Shown piece by piece: positions 26,012 to 42,379 of a stretch of 64,000 nt of DNA (its first letter is position 1; each line of letters begins with the position of its first letter). The notes beneath the pieces were generated by a model. The model did no database searches and was not told the origin of the DNA. It saw only the letters and a program-made list of their open reading frames with translations. The stretch comes from the human T2T-CHM13v2.0 reference genome, Homo sapiens: the NCBI RefSeq assembly GCF_009914755.1, contig NC_060942.1. The stretch is one strand, 5' to 3'. The translations under genes were made by a program, and so were the position numbers.

Positions 26012-26499
26012 TATTTGTTTTCATATACCCCCATGCATAAATAGGCGTACACATGTATGTTCTTTTAGAACAATTATTTGTCAGTTTATTTGAGGACAGC
26101 TATTTCTGAGGGTCGTTATGTTCGTTTCTCAGTGCTTAGAAAAAAACAATATGGAAAGTATTTTAAAATAATGATAATGCAAATTATTTTCCTTCAAAAT
26201 TAAGCTAACCACAACAACAACGAAAAACTTGCCAATGATCTTATCACTTATATTTTATTGAGCTTAATTTTGTTTCTGTTTCTTTCTCTACACTGAATGG
26301 AAGGAACTATGTTTTACTGAAAGCATCAAAAGAAAAATGAGGCATCACATATGTGGGAACCATGATACAATTAATTGTTAAATTCTCGCTAGAAACTATA
26401 AAAGCCAGGAGACCATTGGTTTATTTTTGCTTTATATTTATTTATAAAGCACACAATTGTTTAAAAAGATTTATTATGCATATGGATTATATATAAGTA

Positions 26500-26947
26500 T
26501 ATAATACACTATAAAGTAGAGAATGGTGAAGCAATATGGAACTATACATTTGTAAGATTTTCATGTATTACATGAAGTAGAACAATGTTAACTGTAAGTG
26601 GACTGTGAAGAGTTAAGGACGCATATGTTAATTTTTAGCACGATTACTTAAAAATAATACTAAAACAGTATAGCTAAAAAGTCAATAGGAAAATTAAAAT
26701 GGAATTCTAAAAGGTATTCAAGTTTATAAAAAAAGGCAATAAAAAAGAAACACAGAAACAACAAACAGAGAAAACTAATATAAAACAAATAATAAAATGG
26801 TATACTCACATTCACTCAAGCAAAGAATTATGTCGCGTAGTAATTCATTAAATACTCTAATCAAAGGCAGAGGTTGTTAGAATGAATAAAAAGAACAAAA
26901 CCCAAACATTTGCTATCTATAAGTCATATGTTTAAAATATAAAAACA
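26500..26947 (+). mobile_element. Old L1M fragment (inter-ORF / ORF2 start region)
   Basis: 'aaacaaataataaaatggta', 'aaatactctaatcaaaggcagaggttgttagaatg', 'acccaaacatttgctatctataag'. Confidence 0.6.
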
Positions 26948-26948
26948 G

Positions 26949-27512
26949 TGTGGCTGGGAGGCTTCAAGTTGATCCCCATGATTTGCGCCTCTTCTAGTCA
27001 TGTCCTTGCATAATCTTTTCCCCTTGAATATCAGCAGGATCCAGGGCTTTGTTCTAACCAATAGATTATGGCAAAGGTAACCAGATGGATGTTATTACAT
27101 GTACATAGTTACTGTACATAAGATTGTAATGTCCATCTTGCTAGGAAACTCTCTCTCCCTCCTTGGCTTTGAAGACACATGCTGCCATGTTATGAGCTGC
27201 CATGGAAGGAGTGCCATCAGCACAGGATGTAGGGCAGCCTGTGGCTGATGGCCATCAAGAAATGGAGGCTCAGAGTCCTACAGCCTGAAAGAACCCGAAT
27301 TCTGCCAGCAGTCACCTAAGCTTGGAATGAGATCCTTCCCCAGTGGAACTTCTAATGAGAACACGGCCCTTGCAAACATCCTGCTTGCAGACTTGCAGAG
27401 GACTCAGTGAGGTGTGTTTGGATAACATAGAAAGTGTAGATGATGCATGGGTTTTATTTTAAGAGGCTAAATTTTTTATAGTAATGTTATACGGTAAAAG
27501 ATAACTAATCCA
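26949..27512 (+). mobile_element. MLT1E/F-type LTR, followed by MLT-internal sequence
   Basis: 'ttctaaccaatagattatggcaaagg', 'gaattctgccagca', end 'agataactaatcca' then internal start 'gattttgatatctggaagtggg'. Confidence 0.8.
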
Positions 27513-27534
27513 GATTTTGATATCTGGAAGTGGG

Positions 27535-27994
27535 TGTATTAATTTGCTAGGGCTACTGTAACAAAATATCTTAAACTAGATGGCTTAAACAAGAGAAATT
27601 CATCACCTCACAGTTCTGAAGGCTGGAAGTCCAAGACCAAGGTACTGGCAATGCTGGTTTCTTCTGAGGGTTGTGAGGGAGAGCTGATTTCATGCCTTTC
27701 TTCTAGCTTCTGGTGGTTTACTGGAAATCTTTGGCCTTTCTTGGCTTATATATGTATCACCTGATCTCTGCCTTCATTTTCTTATGGCATTCTTCCTGTG
27801 TGCATGTCTGCTTCTGTGGATAAATTTCTTCTTTTTATGAGAGCATAGTCATATTGCATTAGAGCCCACCATAAGGACCTTACATTAGCTTAACCTAATT
27901 TGCAAAGACTCTATTTCTAAATAAAGTCATACTTACAGGTATTGGGGGTTAGGACTCCAATGTCTTTTCAGGGGAAATGATTGAAACAGTATCA
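27535..27994 (-). mobile_element. MLT1B/C-type solo LTR inserted into MLT-internal
   Basis: 'tgtattaatttgctagggctactgtaacaaa...cacagttctgaaggctggaagtccaag'; 5-bp TSD gtggg/gtggt (27530-27534; 27995-27999). Confidence 0.85.
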
Positions 27995-28480
27995 GTGGTT
28001 ACTACCGAAACAATACCTAAGAGTGTGGAAGTGACTTTGGAACAAGGAAGTGGGAAGACTAGAGGATTTTGAGGACTGTGATAAAGAAAGATTAAGTTGC
28101 CTTGAACTGACTTAGTAGAAATCTGGACCTTGAGGAAACTCTCATTGAGGGTGACAGAGAAGGTGAGGAACATAGGAGTACTTGTGGAAGAGAGACCCAT
28201 GTTATGCAGTTGCAGAAAGCTTAGTGAAATTTCTCCCTTAGTTATGTTTAAAGAAGAACACCTAAGTAATAAACCTTATTATTTAACTAAGGAGATATCC
28301 AAGTAAAGTGTTGAAGGTGCTGCCTGTTCCTTTTGCTGTGTATAGTAAAATGTGAGAGGAAAGAGATAAATTGAAAGAAGAAAGATTAAGACAAAAGCAA
28401 CCAGGACTTGATGATTTAAAAAATCTTCAGCCTCTCCAGATGGCAAAAGATTCTACAATTAATTAATGACTTTTGAGCAA
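27995..28480 (+). mobile_element. MLT1-internal fragment
   Basis: 'aatacctaagagtgtggaagtgactttggaac', 'aggagatatccaag..aagtgttgaagg', 'tatagtaaaatgtgagagga'. Confidence 0.7.
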
Positions 28481-29925
28481 AGTCAGCAACAATCAGGAGA
28501 AATGCTCTTTCTTTAACTGTAAGGAGTACATAAGCTTGAAATTACTGGGACCTGTCAAATGGAGAAAGTCCGTCTGTAAAGTAAAACAATACAATCAAAG
28601 AAGAGCTAGGAGACAAAGGAATAGCTGATCACTGATAAAATAGTTAAATCCTCAATTTAGCCATAGTTGTTCTATCATTTAATTTGTAAATCAATAAATG
28701 CATGTTATTTTGTTTAAAATAGTGGGAATTCTTTTGTTATGTAAAAATTAGAGAACTAAAATAGAAAAGAAACACAAATTTAAAAAGAAAAATAATAAGG
28801 ACACTTGCAAGAGAAATAAAAAATAAAGTCATTTCTCTTTGTGTGTAGGTTGATAAAAATAACAGCTTATATAATAATCACATTTTATAATCTTCAAATT
28901 TTCTGTTCAGCTAAATATAGTTAAGAATACAATAATTATAACTGCAGCCAACATACAAATCTGTTTTTTGAGAAAGAAGACAAGACTTATATTAAGTAAT
29001 TGAAGAGTGTTCTGGAAATATCCTCAATGTTCTCAAATTTTTAACAGCAAGGGCCTAAGACATGAGGAAGACCATGTGCAAGATTGGGACTGCAACTCCT
29101 GGCAGATAAGTCTTTCCCTGCTAATATTCTTATGCTATAGTAGAAGTCCTGGAAGACACAACTCATTTCTCATTTTCTCTTTATGTAACTTTTGACTTTT
29201 TTTAGTCTTTAACATCAGCATTAATTATGTTCTAGTATAAATTATTGACTCCAAACTGGGGCAAGGAGGATTAAAGGGAGACTCCAGGAGAGATGATGAC
29301 TTTTCCATAATGTGACTGAGAATTAGATGTGCTAAATGTCACTAAGTTGAGGCTTGCAAGAGATAATGAAAGTTTAAGAGCTTCCCCCAACCTATTTAAA
29401 TTAACTTATTTGGGATTTTCTCTTTTTTGAAGCCAAATTTAGCTTTCAAGAAGAATTTTCTTCTTCTAAATTACTCAAGTGATAGCTGGTGATATACTCA
29501 GTGATAGAAAAATGGCACAGGGTCATCAGAAACAGTCTTACCAAGCACAGCACACACTTGAAACATCTGGCCCAGCCTTTGCATGCAGTTTTTAGTTCTG
29601 GGTTTTTAGATCTATGTGTGCACACAGGTAAGTATTTTCACTTGCTTATTTCTTATGGGGAAGCTTTAATGAAAAATATTTCTTTGTAGTTCAATAATAG
29701 GAGGTCTTATGGTGTGGAACATACAGTATTTTATCCTTCCCTCTGCCCTCAGATGTTAGGAATACTTTATTAGAGTGTCTCTTTCTAAAGAAATAGTGAT
29801 TGGCTATGAAAATAGGCATACAGTAAAAAACTAAGTAATTGTCATATAGGATTCATAAATATTTATAACTTAAAAGCATTAGTTTTATGTAAAATGTTGA
29901 ACTCATTGTTCAGAAAGGAGTTTTT

Positions 29926-30265
<340 letters not shown>

Positions 30266-31485
30266 CTAGTACATTTAACAAAACCCTGATTTTCTACTAC
30301 ATTATTTCTGGGAAATATCACTGTTCAGCTTGCCATTCTGTGAAAGATTTGTAATGCCTTTTGTATTTAATATCTTGTTACTTTTTTATTCTAAAACTAT
30401 GGCCTATTTTTTAATATAATAAGGAAAATTAAAGAAAAAAAACACTAGGAAAGTCACTATCCTAGGTTGGAGTCAATACCATTACTGCTATTCAAAGGCA
30501 GGAACTAATCAGATATTAGCTTGCAGCCAAGGAAACAGTTTTGTGTGTAATGGAAGGAGAAAAAAAGCCAAAGGCAAGTAATGTACTAGGACCTGAATGA
30601 AGCATGTAGGGGAAAGAATAGGATAATTCTTACTAGTTGCTTTTTAATTTTACCTGACACATTCAAACTGCTGTACCTCTAAATTATAGCAGATACGTAT
30701 ATATATATAGATTATGGGCCATCAATCAAGGAGTATATTGATAAAGCATGCCAAGGTTCCCAGTGTGATGAAGTATCATCCTATTTATGATATGCTCTAT
30801 GTTAAATTTTATTTTACACAAATTAGAGTATGAAAGTAACTTGGTGTTGTTACCTTGTTCATTAATTTGACTGTTCATTTATTCAATAAACACTCATTGA
30901 AGACATAATACTTTTCAGATACTTTCTTTTTTATTATTCTTTAAGTTCTGGGTACATGTGCAGAACATGCAGGTTTCTTACATAGGTATACACGTACTAT
31001 GGTGGTTTGCTGCACCCATCAACCTGTCATCTACGTTAGGTATTTCTCCTAATGCTATCTCTCCCCTAGCTCCCACCCCACAACAGGCCCCGGTGTGTGA
31101 TGTTCCCCTTCCTGTGTCCATGTGTTCTCATTGTTCAATTCCCACCTATGAGTGAGAACATGCGGTGTTTGATTTTTTGTACTTGCGATAGTTTGCTGAA
31201 AATGATGGTTTCCAGCTTCATCCATGTCCCTACGAAGGACATGAACTCATCATTTTTTTATGGCTGCATAGTATTCCATGGTGTAAATGTGCCACATTTT
31301 CTTAATCCAGTCTATCATTGTTGGACATTTGGGTTGGTTTCAAGTCTTTGCTTTGTGAATAGTGCTGCAATAAACATACGTGTGCATGTGTCTTTATAAC
31401 AGCATGATTTATAATCCTTCGGGTATATACTCAGTAATGATATGGCTGGGTCAAATGGTATTTCTAGCTCTAGATCCCTGAGGAA

Positions 31486-33918
<2,433 letters not shown>

Positions 33919-34592
33919 AAATTGAATGAGCTTCTTAATTCTGTGTTCTAATTTGATTGTAGTGTGGTCTGAGAGACTGTTTCTCATGATTTCCATTCTT
34001 TTGCATGTGCTGAGGAGTGTTTTACTTCCAATTATGTGGTCAATTTTAGAATAAGTGCAATGTGGTGCTGAGAAGAATGTATATTCTGTTGATATGGGGT
34101 GGAGAGATCTGTAGATGCCTATTAGGTCCGCTTGGTCCAGAGCTGAGTTTAAGTTCTGAATATCCTTGTTAATTTTCTGTCTCATTGATCTGTCCAATAT
34201 TGACAGGGGGGTGTTAAAGCCTCCCACTATTATTGTGTGGGAATCTAAGTCTCTTTGAAGGTCTCTAAGAACTTGCTTTATTAATCTGGGTGCTCCTGTA
34301 TTGGGTGCATATATGTTTAGGATAATTAGCTCTTCTTGTTGCATTGATCCCTTTACCATTATGTAATGTTCCTCTTTGTCTCTTTTGATCTTTGCTGGTT
34401 TAAAGTCTGTTTTATCAGAAACTAGGATTGCAACCCCTGCTTTTTTTTTGCTTTCCATTTGCTTGGTGAATATTCCTCCAACCCTTTAGTTTTGAGCCTA
34501 TATATGTCTTTGCATATGAGATGGGTCTCCCGAATACGGTATCCCGATGGGTCTTGACTCTTTATCCAATTTGCCAGTCTGTGTCTTTTAAT
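33919..34592 (-). pseudogene. L1 ORF2p APE-like endonuclease remnant
   Basis: KKAGVAILVSDK, LNIYAPN, GGFNTPLS, YSKIDH, SDH motifs (ORF 33754-34458). Confidence 0.93.
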
Positions 34593-34649
34593 GAGCTGGT
34601 TATTATCCCCTTGAGTTGATGCAGTTTCTTCATAACATCGATGGTCTTT

Positions 34650-35665
34650 CAATTTTGTATGTTTTTGCAGTGGCTAGTACCAGTTGTTCCTTTCCATGTT
34701 TAGTGCTTCCTTCAGGAGCTCTTGTAAGGCAGGCCTGGTGGTGACAAAATCTCTCAGCATTTGCTTGTCTGTAAAGGATTTTATTTCTCCCTCACTTATG
34801 AAGCTTAGTTTGGTTGGATATGAAATTCTGGGTTGAAAGTTATTTTCTTTAAGAATGTTGAATATTGGCCTCCACTCTCTTCTGGCTTGTAGGGTTTCTG
34901 CTGAGAGATCAGCTGTTAGTCTGATGGGCTTCCCTTTGTGGGTAACCTGAGCTTTCTGGCTGCCCTTAACATTTTTTCCTTCATTTCAACCTTGGTGAAT
35001 CTGACAATTATGTCTTTTGGGGTGGCTCTTCTCAAGGAGTATCTTTGTGGTGTTCTCTGTATTTCCTGAATTTGAATGTTGCACTACTTTGCTAGGTTGG
35101 GGAAGTTCTCCTGCATAATATCCTGAAGAGTGTTTTTCAACTTGTTTCCATTCTCCCTGTCACTTTTAGGTACACCAATCAAATGTAGATTTGGTCTTTT
35201 CACATAGTCTCATATTTCTTGGAGGCTTTGTTCATTTCTTTTAACTCTTTTTTCTCTAATCTTTTCTTCTCACTTTATTTCACAGAGCTGATCTGCAACC
35301 TCTGATATCCTTTCTTCTGCTTGATCAATTTGGCTATTGATACTTGTGTATGCATCATGAAGTTCTCGTGCTATGTTTTTCAGCTCCATCAGGTCATTTA
35401 TGTTCTTCTCTAAACTGGTTATTCTAGTTAGCAATTCATCTAACCTTTTTTCAAGGTTCTTAGCTTCCTTGCATTGGATTAGAACATGCTCCTTTAGCTC
35501 TGAGGAGTTTATTATCCACCTTCTGAAGCCTACTTCTGTCAACTCGTCAAATTCATTCTCTATCCAGTTTTGTTCCCTTGCTGGCGAGGAGTTGTGATCC
35601 TTTGGAGGAGAAGAGGTGTTCTGGTTTTTGGAATTTTCAGTCTTTTTGCATTGGTTTCTTCCCAT
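34650..35665 (-). pseudogene. L1 ORF1p remnant
   Basis: ORF 35270-35671 MGRNQCKKTENSKNQNTSSPPKDHNSSPAREQNW plus coiled coil; disrupted after ~130 aa. Confidence 0.9.
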
Positions 35666-37439
35666 CTTCATGGATTTATCTACCTTTGGTCTTCGATGTT
35701 GGTGACCTTTGGATAGGGTCTGTGAGTGGACATCTTTTTTGTTGATGTTGATACTATTCCTTTCTGTTTGTTAGTTTTTATTCTAACAGTCAGGCCCCTC
35801 TGCTGCAGGTCTGCTGGCATTTGCTGGAGGTCCACTCCAGACCCTGTTTGCCTGGGTATCACCAGCGGAGGCTGCAGAACAGCAAAGATTGCTGTCTGTT
35901 CCTTCCTCTGGAAGCTTCATCCCGGAGAGGCACCCACCAGATGCCAGCCACAGTTCTCCTGTATGTATGAGGTGTCTGTCGACCCCTACTGGGAGGTGTC
36001 TCCCAGTCAGGATACACAGGGGTCAGGGACCCACTTGAGGAGGTAGTCTGTCCCTTATCAGAGCTTGAACACTGTGCTGGGAGATCTGCTGCTCTCTGCA
36101 GAGCTGTCAGGCAGGGACGTTTAAGTCTGCTAAAGCTGTGCCCACAGCCGCCCCTTCCCGCAGGTGCTCAGTCCCAGAGAGATGGGAATTTTATCTATAA
36201 CTCCCTGACTGGGGCTGCTACCTTTTATTCAGAGATGCCATGCCCAGAGAGGAGGAATCTAGAGAGGCAGTCTGGCTGCAGTGGCCTTGCTGAGCTGCAG
36301 TGGGCTCCACCCAGTTTGAACTTCTCCGCAGCTTTGTTTACACTGTGAGGGTAAAACCACCTACTCAAGCCTCCGCAATGGTGGATGCCTCTCCCCACAC
36401 CAAGCTCAAGCATCCCAGGTTGACCTCAGACTGCTTTGCTGACAGTGAGAATTTAAAGCCAGGATCTTAGCTTGCTGGGCTCCGTGTGGGTGGGACCCAC
36501 CGAGCCAGACCACTTGGCTCCCTTGCTTCAGCGCCTTTCCAAGGGAGTGAAAGGTTCTGTCTTGCTGGCGTTGCAGGTTGCCACTGGGGTATGAAAATAA
36601 ACTCCTGCAGCTAGCTCAGTGTCTGCCCAAATGGCTGCCCAGTTTTTTGCTTGAAACCCAGGGCCCTGGTGGCATAGGCACCTGAGGGAATCTCCCAGTC
36701 TGCTGGTTGTGAAGACTGTGGGGAAAGCACAGTATCTGGGCCAGAGTGCACCGTTCCTCCTGGTACAGTCTTTCACAGTTAGGGGAGGGAAATCCTCCAA
36801 CTCCTTGTGCTTCCCAGGTGAGGCGATGCTCCACCCTGCTTTGGCTTGCCTTCCATGGGCTGCACCCACTGTCCAACCAGTCCCAATGAGATGAACCAGG
36901 TACCTCAGTTGGAAATGTAGAAATCACCTGTGTTCTGTGTCAATCTCGCTGTGTGAGCTGCAGACCGGAGCTGTTCCTATTTGGTGATCTTGCCAGCAAA
37001 TCCTCTCAGATACTTTCTTATATACTGAAAATACAATGGTGAATAAAATACAAAAACCTATTGCCCTACTGGAGCTTAGATTGTAATGCTCCCAAATATA
37101 ACCAAAATGCTAAATAGTTTAAATCACAATTAGAAAGTGTTTAGGGACTGTATCTCAGTCTTTGGCTCAAAATCCATTTTTCTTACAGTTACTCTAAAAT
37201 TGTTAAATAGATAACAGCCCAGATTTCTGCCACTTATTTTCTAGAATTCCTGAACTGGGATACAGACTTATTGTCTAATTCTTTGCTATGCTCTGTGTTA
37301 GTGTTTCTTTAATCTCTACCTCTTTCCTCCTGGACTCAAGTACTTGACCATTTGAATTTTAGGCCTCATTTGTTCATTCGCTCATTTAAAACCATATATT
37401 TCAATTCTATTTTCATAAAATGTATTTAAAAATATAGTG

Positions 37440-37570
37440 TTCACATCAAATAAGAGGTATGATGCTATTATTCCCACATTATAGATGAAGAAATTGAGGC
37501 AGTAGCTTGACCAAATTCTTGTGGCTAATAAGAATAATTGTTAGAATTTAAACTCAGGTCTTTTTTGGTA
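37440..37570 (-). mobile_element. MIR fragment
   Basis: 'attattcccacattatagatgaagaaattgaggc...gaatttaaactcaggtc'. Confidence 0.65.
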
Positions 37571-37719
37571 TAAAAGTTTAGGGCCTATTTCATATACCCC
37601 ATTGTGACCAAGAGCACATATATTCTCTAGGGAGATTTCCAGATCTGGTTTTTGTATTTCCCATGTATTCCATCTAATTGGAAATATAAAAATTAAGAGA
37701 ATTGTAATCTATAAAAGCA

Positions 37720-39605
37720 AAAACAAATATGACAAAATATGCACAAGATCTACTTGAGGAAACCTATAAAACTCTGATGAAAGAAATCAAATAACTAAGA
37801 ATGGTGAGATATTCCATGTTCATGGATAGAAGACAATATTGTCAAGATGTCAGTTCTTCCCATCTTGATCTATAGATTCTGTGCAATCCCATTTCAAATC
37901 TCAGCAGTTAGTTTGCGGATATTGACAAAATGATTCCAAAGTTTATATGGAGAGATAAAAGATGCAAAAAAGTCAAGTCAGTGTTGGATAAGGAGAAAAG
38001 TGGAAGACTAACATTAACCTAATTCAAGACTGACTGTAAAGCTATAGTAATCAAGACAGTGTAGTATTGGTGATAGAATAGAAAAATTGAATAGATTAAT
38101 GGAAGAGAATAGAGAGCCCAGAAATAGACTCACATAAATATTGCCAACAGATTTTTGACAAAGGAGTAAAGGCAATACCTTGGCAGATAGTCTTTCAGCA
38201 TATGGTGCTGGAACAGCCAGTCATCTACAGGCAAAAAAAAAAAAAAAAAATTCCCTAAATTTAAACCCCTCAGAAAAATTAACTAAAAAGAGTTATAATC
38301 CTAAATGCAAAATTCAAAACTATAAAACTCCTGGAAGATAACAGGAGAAAATCTGGATACTATTAGGTATAGTGATGGCTTTCAAAATAAACCACCAAAG
38401 GCATGCTTCATGGAAAAAAAAGTTGACAAGCTGGATGTTATTAAAATTAAAACTTCTGCTTTGCAAACAACAATTTCAAGAGTATAAGACAAGCCACAGA
38501 CTGGAAAAAAATATTTTCACAAGATACACTACTAAAGCACTCTTATCCAACATGTAAAAGACACTCAAAATTTAATAATGAGAAAATATACAACCTTATT
38601 TAAAAAATAGACAAAATATATGAACAACCACCTCACAAAAGAAGACAAACATATGAAAAATTAGCACATGAATGACGTTCAACTTCATATTGTCATTAGA
38701 GAATTGCAAATTAAAACAGTGAGATACCACTGCACACCTATTAGAATGTCCAAAATCCAAAATACTGACAAGACCAAATGTTGTCAAGGATGTGGAGCAA
38801 CAGGAACTCTCATTCACTGCTAGTGGGAATACAAAATGGTACAGACAGTTTGGAAGACAGTTTGGCAATTTATTATAAAACGAAACACACTCTTACCATA
38901 TGATTCAGAAATCATTCTCCTTTGTATTTATCCAAATGAATTGAAAACGTATGGGCACATAAAAATCTGAAAAATGATATTTATAGAATCTTTATTCATA
39001 ATTGCCAAAACTGGAAACAGCCAAGTTGCTGTTCAGGAGGGGAATAAATAAACTTTGGTACATCCAGACAATAAAATATTAACAGTGGTAAAATTAAATG
39101 AGTTATTGAAACATAAAAACAGAAGAATCTCAAGTGACCATTAGTATGTGAAAGAAGCCAATATAAAAAGTCTACATATTGTGCGATTTCAACTATGTGG
39201 CCTTCTGGAAAAGGCAAAACTATATGGACAGTAAAAAGACCAGTGGTTTCTAGGGTTGGAGGAAAAAGAGGGGGATGAATTGGCTGAGCACAGAGGATTA
39301 TGTGGGCAGTAAAAATACTCTGTACGATAATATTATGGTGGATACATGTCATTGTGCATTTGTCAAATCTCATAAAATGTAATATCAAGAGTGAATCATA
39401 ATGTAGACTATGGACTTGGTGTAATAATTATGTGTCAACGTGGGTTCATTGACTTTTAACAATGTACCACTGAGGTATGGAACATTGTTAGTGGAGAAGG
39501 CTGTACATGTATAGAGTCAGGAGAGACATGGGAAATATGTACTTTCCAGTGTATTTTCTGTGAACCTAAAATTGGTCTAAAAATAGTTTATTAGCAAAAC
39601 AAAAC
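37720..39605 (+). mobile_element. L1MC1/2-like 3' portion
   Basis: ORF2 3' motifs ('attgtcaagatgtcagttcttcc', 'agagagcccagaaatagac') and L1MC-type 3'UTR ('atgtagactatggactt', 'ctgtgaacctaaaa'). Confidence 0.85.
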
Positions 39606-40125
39606 AAAAATAGAACATGATATTTCTCAAAGCACTAATATGGAATACTCTCTAAGAGATTTCCTACAATAAAAAGTCAATACAGAAAAAATAAGGAACA
39701 AAAATATTGCATATGCTTGGCCTGTATTTTTTTTTAAAAAGTTATGGTTACTATTTCAGCATTTGAACATGTGAACTCAACTGAGATTAGAGAAAATAGA
39801 TTTGGCATCTATTTTACAAAATTATTAAACCAGTGTGCACTTGACTTCAGAAATGGCAAGTGTGATATAAGTACTTAAAGCCATATCTAATGAATAATTA
39901 GTAAACTCCACCAAACCCCAAAGACAAAAAGACTAAGAAAAAAAGGAACAAGGAAGCTACCAAACAACTAGATAACAACATTATGACAGGAACAAAACTT
40001 CACATATCAGTATTAACCTTGAATGTAAATGGATTAAATTCTCCACTTAAAAGATATAGATTGGTGGAATGGATAAAACAGTAAATAAATAAACTATGTG
40101 CTGCATACGAGAAACTCACCTTAAT

Positions 40126-42379
40126 TTTATAAAACGTATTTATTTATTTATTTATTTATTTATTTATTTTTTAAAAGTTTATTTTAAGTTCAGGGTACAT
40201 GTTCAGATGTTCAGGTTTGTTACATAGGTAAACAGGTGTAATGGGGGTTTATTGTGCAGATAATTTCATCACTTAGGTATTAAGTCTGGTACCCATTAGT
40301 TATTTTTCCTGATCCTCTTGCTCCCACCCTTCATCCACTGATAGGCTCCCATGTGTGTTGTTTCCCTTGATGTGTCCATGTGTTCTCATCATTTAGCTCT
40401 CACTTCTAAGTGATAACACACAGTATTTGGTTTTCTGTTCCTGTATTAGTTTGCTAAGGATAATGGCCTCCAGCTCCATCCATGTTCCTCCAAAGAACAT
40501 GATTTCATTATTTTTTATGGCTGCATAGTATTCCATAGTGTATATATACCACATTTTCTTTATCCAATCTATTATTGATGGGCATTTAGACTGATTCCAT
40601 GTCTTTGCTACTGTGAATAGTGCTGTGATGAACATATGCATGCATGTGTCTTTATAATAGAACAATTTATATTCCTTTGGGAATATACCCAGTAATTGAA
40701 TTGCTGGGTTGAATAGTATTTCTGTCTTTAGGTCTTTGAGGAATTGCCACACTGTATTCCACAATTGTTGAACTAATTTACACTGCCGCTAACAGTGTAT
40801 AAACATTCCTTTTTCTTGGCAATCTCTCCAGCATCTGTTATTTTTTGACTTGTTAATAGTAGCCATTCTGACTGGTGTGAGAGAGTATCTCATTCTGATT
40901 TTGACTGGCATTTCTCTGGTGACCAGTGATTGAGCTTTTTTTCAAATGATTATTGGCTGCTTGTATGTCTTCTTTTGAGAAGTGTCTGTTTGGCACCTTG
41001 CCCACTTTTGAATGGATTGTTTGTTTTTTTTTCTTGTAAATATGCTTAATTTTCTTATAGATGCTGGGAATTAGACCTTTGTCAGATGCATAGTTTGCAA
41101 AAATTTTCTATCATTCTGTAGCCTACCTGTTTACTCTGTTGATAGCTTCTTTTGCTGTGCAGAAGCTGTTAAGTTTAATTAGATCACATTTGTCAATTTT
41201 TGCATGTTGCAGTTGCTTTTGATGTGTTTGTCATGAAATCTTTGTCTGTGCCTATGTCCTGAATGGTATTGGCTATGTTGTCTTCCAGGTTTATATGGTT
41301 TTGGATTTTACATGTAAGTCTTTAATCCATCTTGTGTATGGAAGGGGTGTAAGGGAAGGTGTTTAGTTTCAATTTTCTGCATATTGCTAGCCAGTTATCC
41401 CAATGCCATTTATTGAATAAAGAGTCCTTTCCCCATTTGCTAGCCAGTTATCCCAGTGCCATTTATTGAATAAAAAGTCCTTTCCCCATTGGTTGTTTTT
41501 GTCAGCTTTGTCAAAGATCAAATAGTTGTAGGTGTGTGGTCTTATTTCTGGGCTCTCTATTGTGTTCCATTGGTCTATGTATCTGTTCCTGTATGAGTAC
41601 CATGCTGTTTTGATTACTGTAGCCTTGTAGTATAGTTTGAAGTTGAGTAACATAATGCCTCTAGCTTTGTTCTTTTTGCTTAAGATTGCCTTTGTTATTT
41701 GTGTTCTTTTTTGGTTCCATATGAATTTTAAAATAGTTTTCTCTAGTTTTGTGAAGAAAGTCAATGGTAGTTTAATGATAATAGCATAATCTACAAATTG
41801 CTTTGGGTAGTATGGCCATTTTAATGACATCATTTCTTCCTATTCATGAGCATGGAATGCTTTTCTATTTGTTTGTGTCTTCTCTAATTTCTTTGAGCAG
41901 TGGTTTGTAGTTATCCTTGTAGAGACCTTTCGCCTCCATTGTTAGCTGTATTCCTAGGTATTTATTATTTTTGTGGCAATTGTGAATGGGAGTTTGTTTA
42001 TGATTTGGCTCTGAGCCTGACTCTGTTGGTGTATAAAAATGCTTGTGATTTTTGTACATTGATTTTGTATCCTGAGACTTTGCTGAAATTGCTTATCAGC
42101 TTGAGAATCTTTTGGTCTGAGGCAATTGGGTTTTCTAGATATAGGAACATGTCATTCACAAACAGGGATAGGCTGACTTCCTCTCTTCTTATTTGAATGC
42201 CCTTTATTTCTTTCTCTTCCCTGATTGCCCTGGCTAAAACTTTCAATACTATGTTGAATAGCAGTAGTGAGAAAGGGAATCTTTGTTTTGTACTGGTTTT
42301 CAAGGGGAGTGCTTCCAGCTTTTGCCCATTCAGTATAAGGTTGGCTGTGGGTTTGTCATATATGGCTCTTATTATTTTG
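40126..42379 (-). mobile_element. 5'-truncated L1PA13-like element
   Basis: (TTTA)n tail, antisense 3'UTR 'gtacccattagttatttttcctgatcctc'; perfect 15-bp TSD gaaactcaccttaat at 40111-40125 and 42380-42394. Confidence 0.95.
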
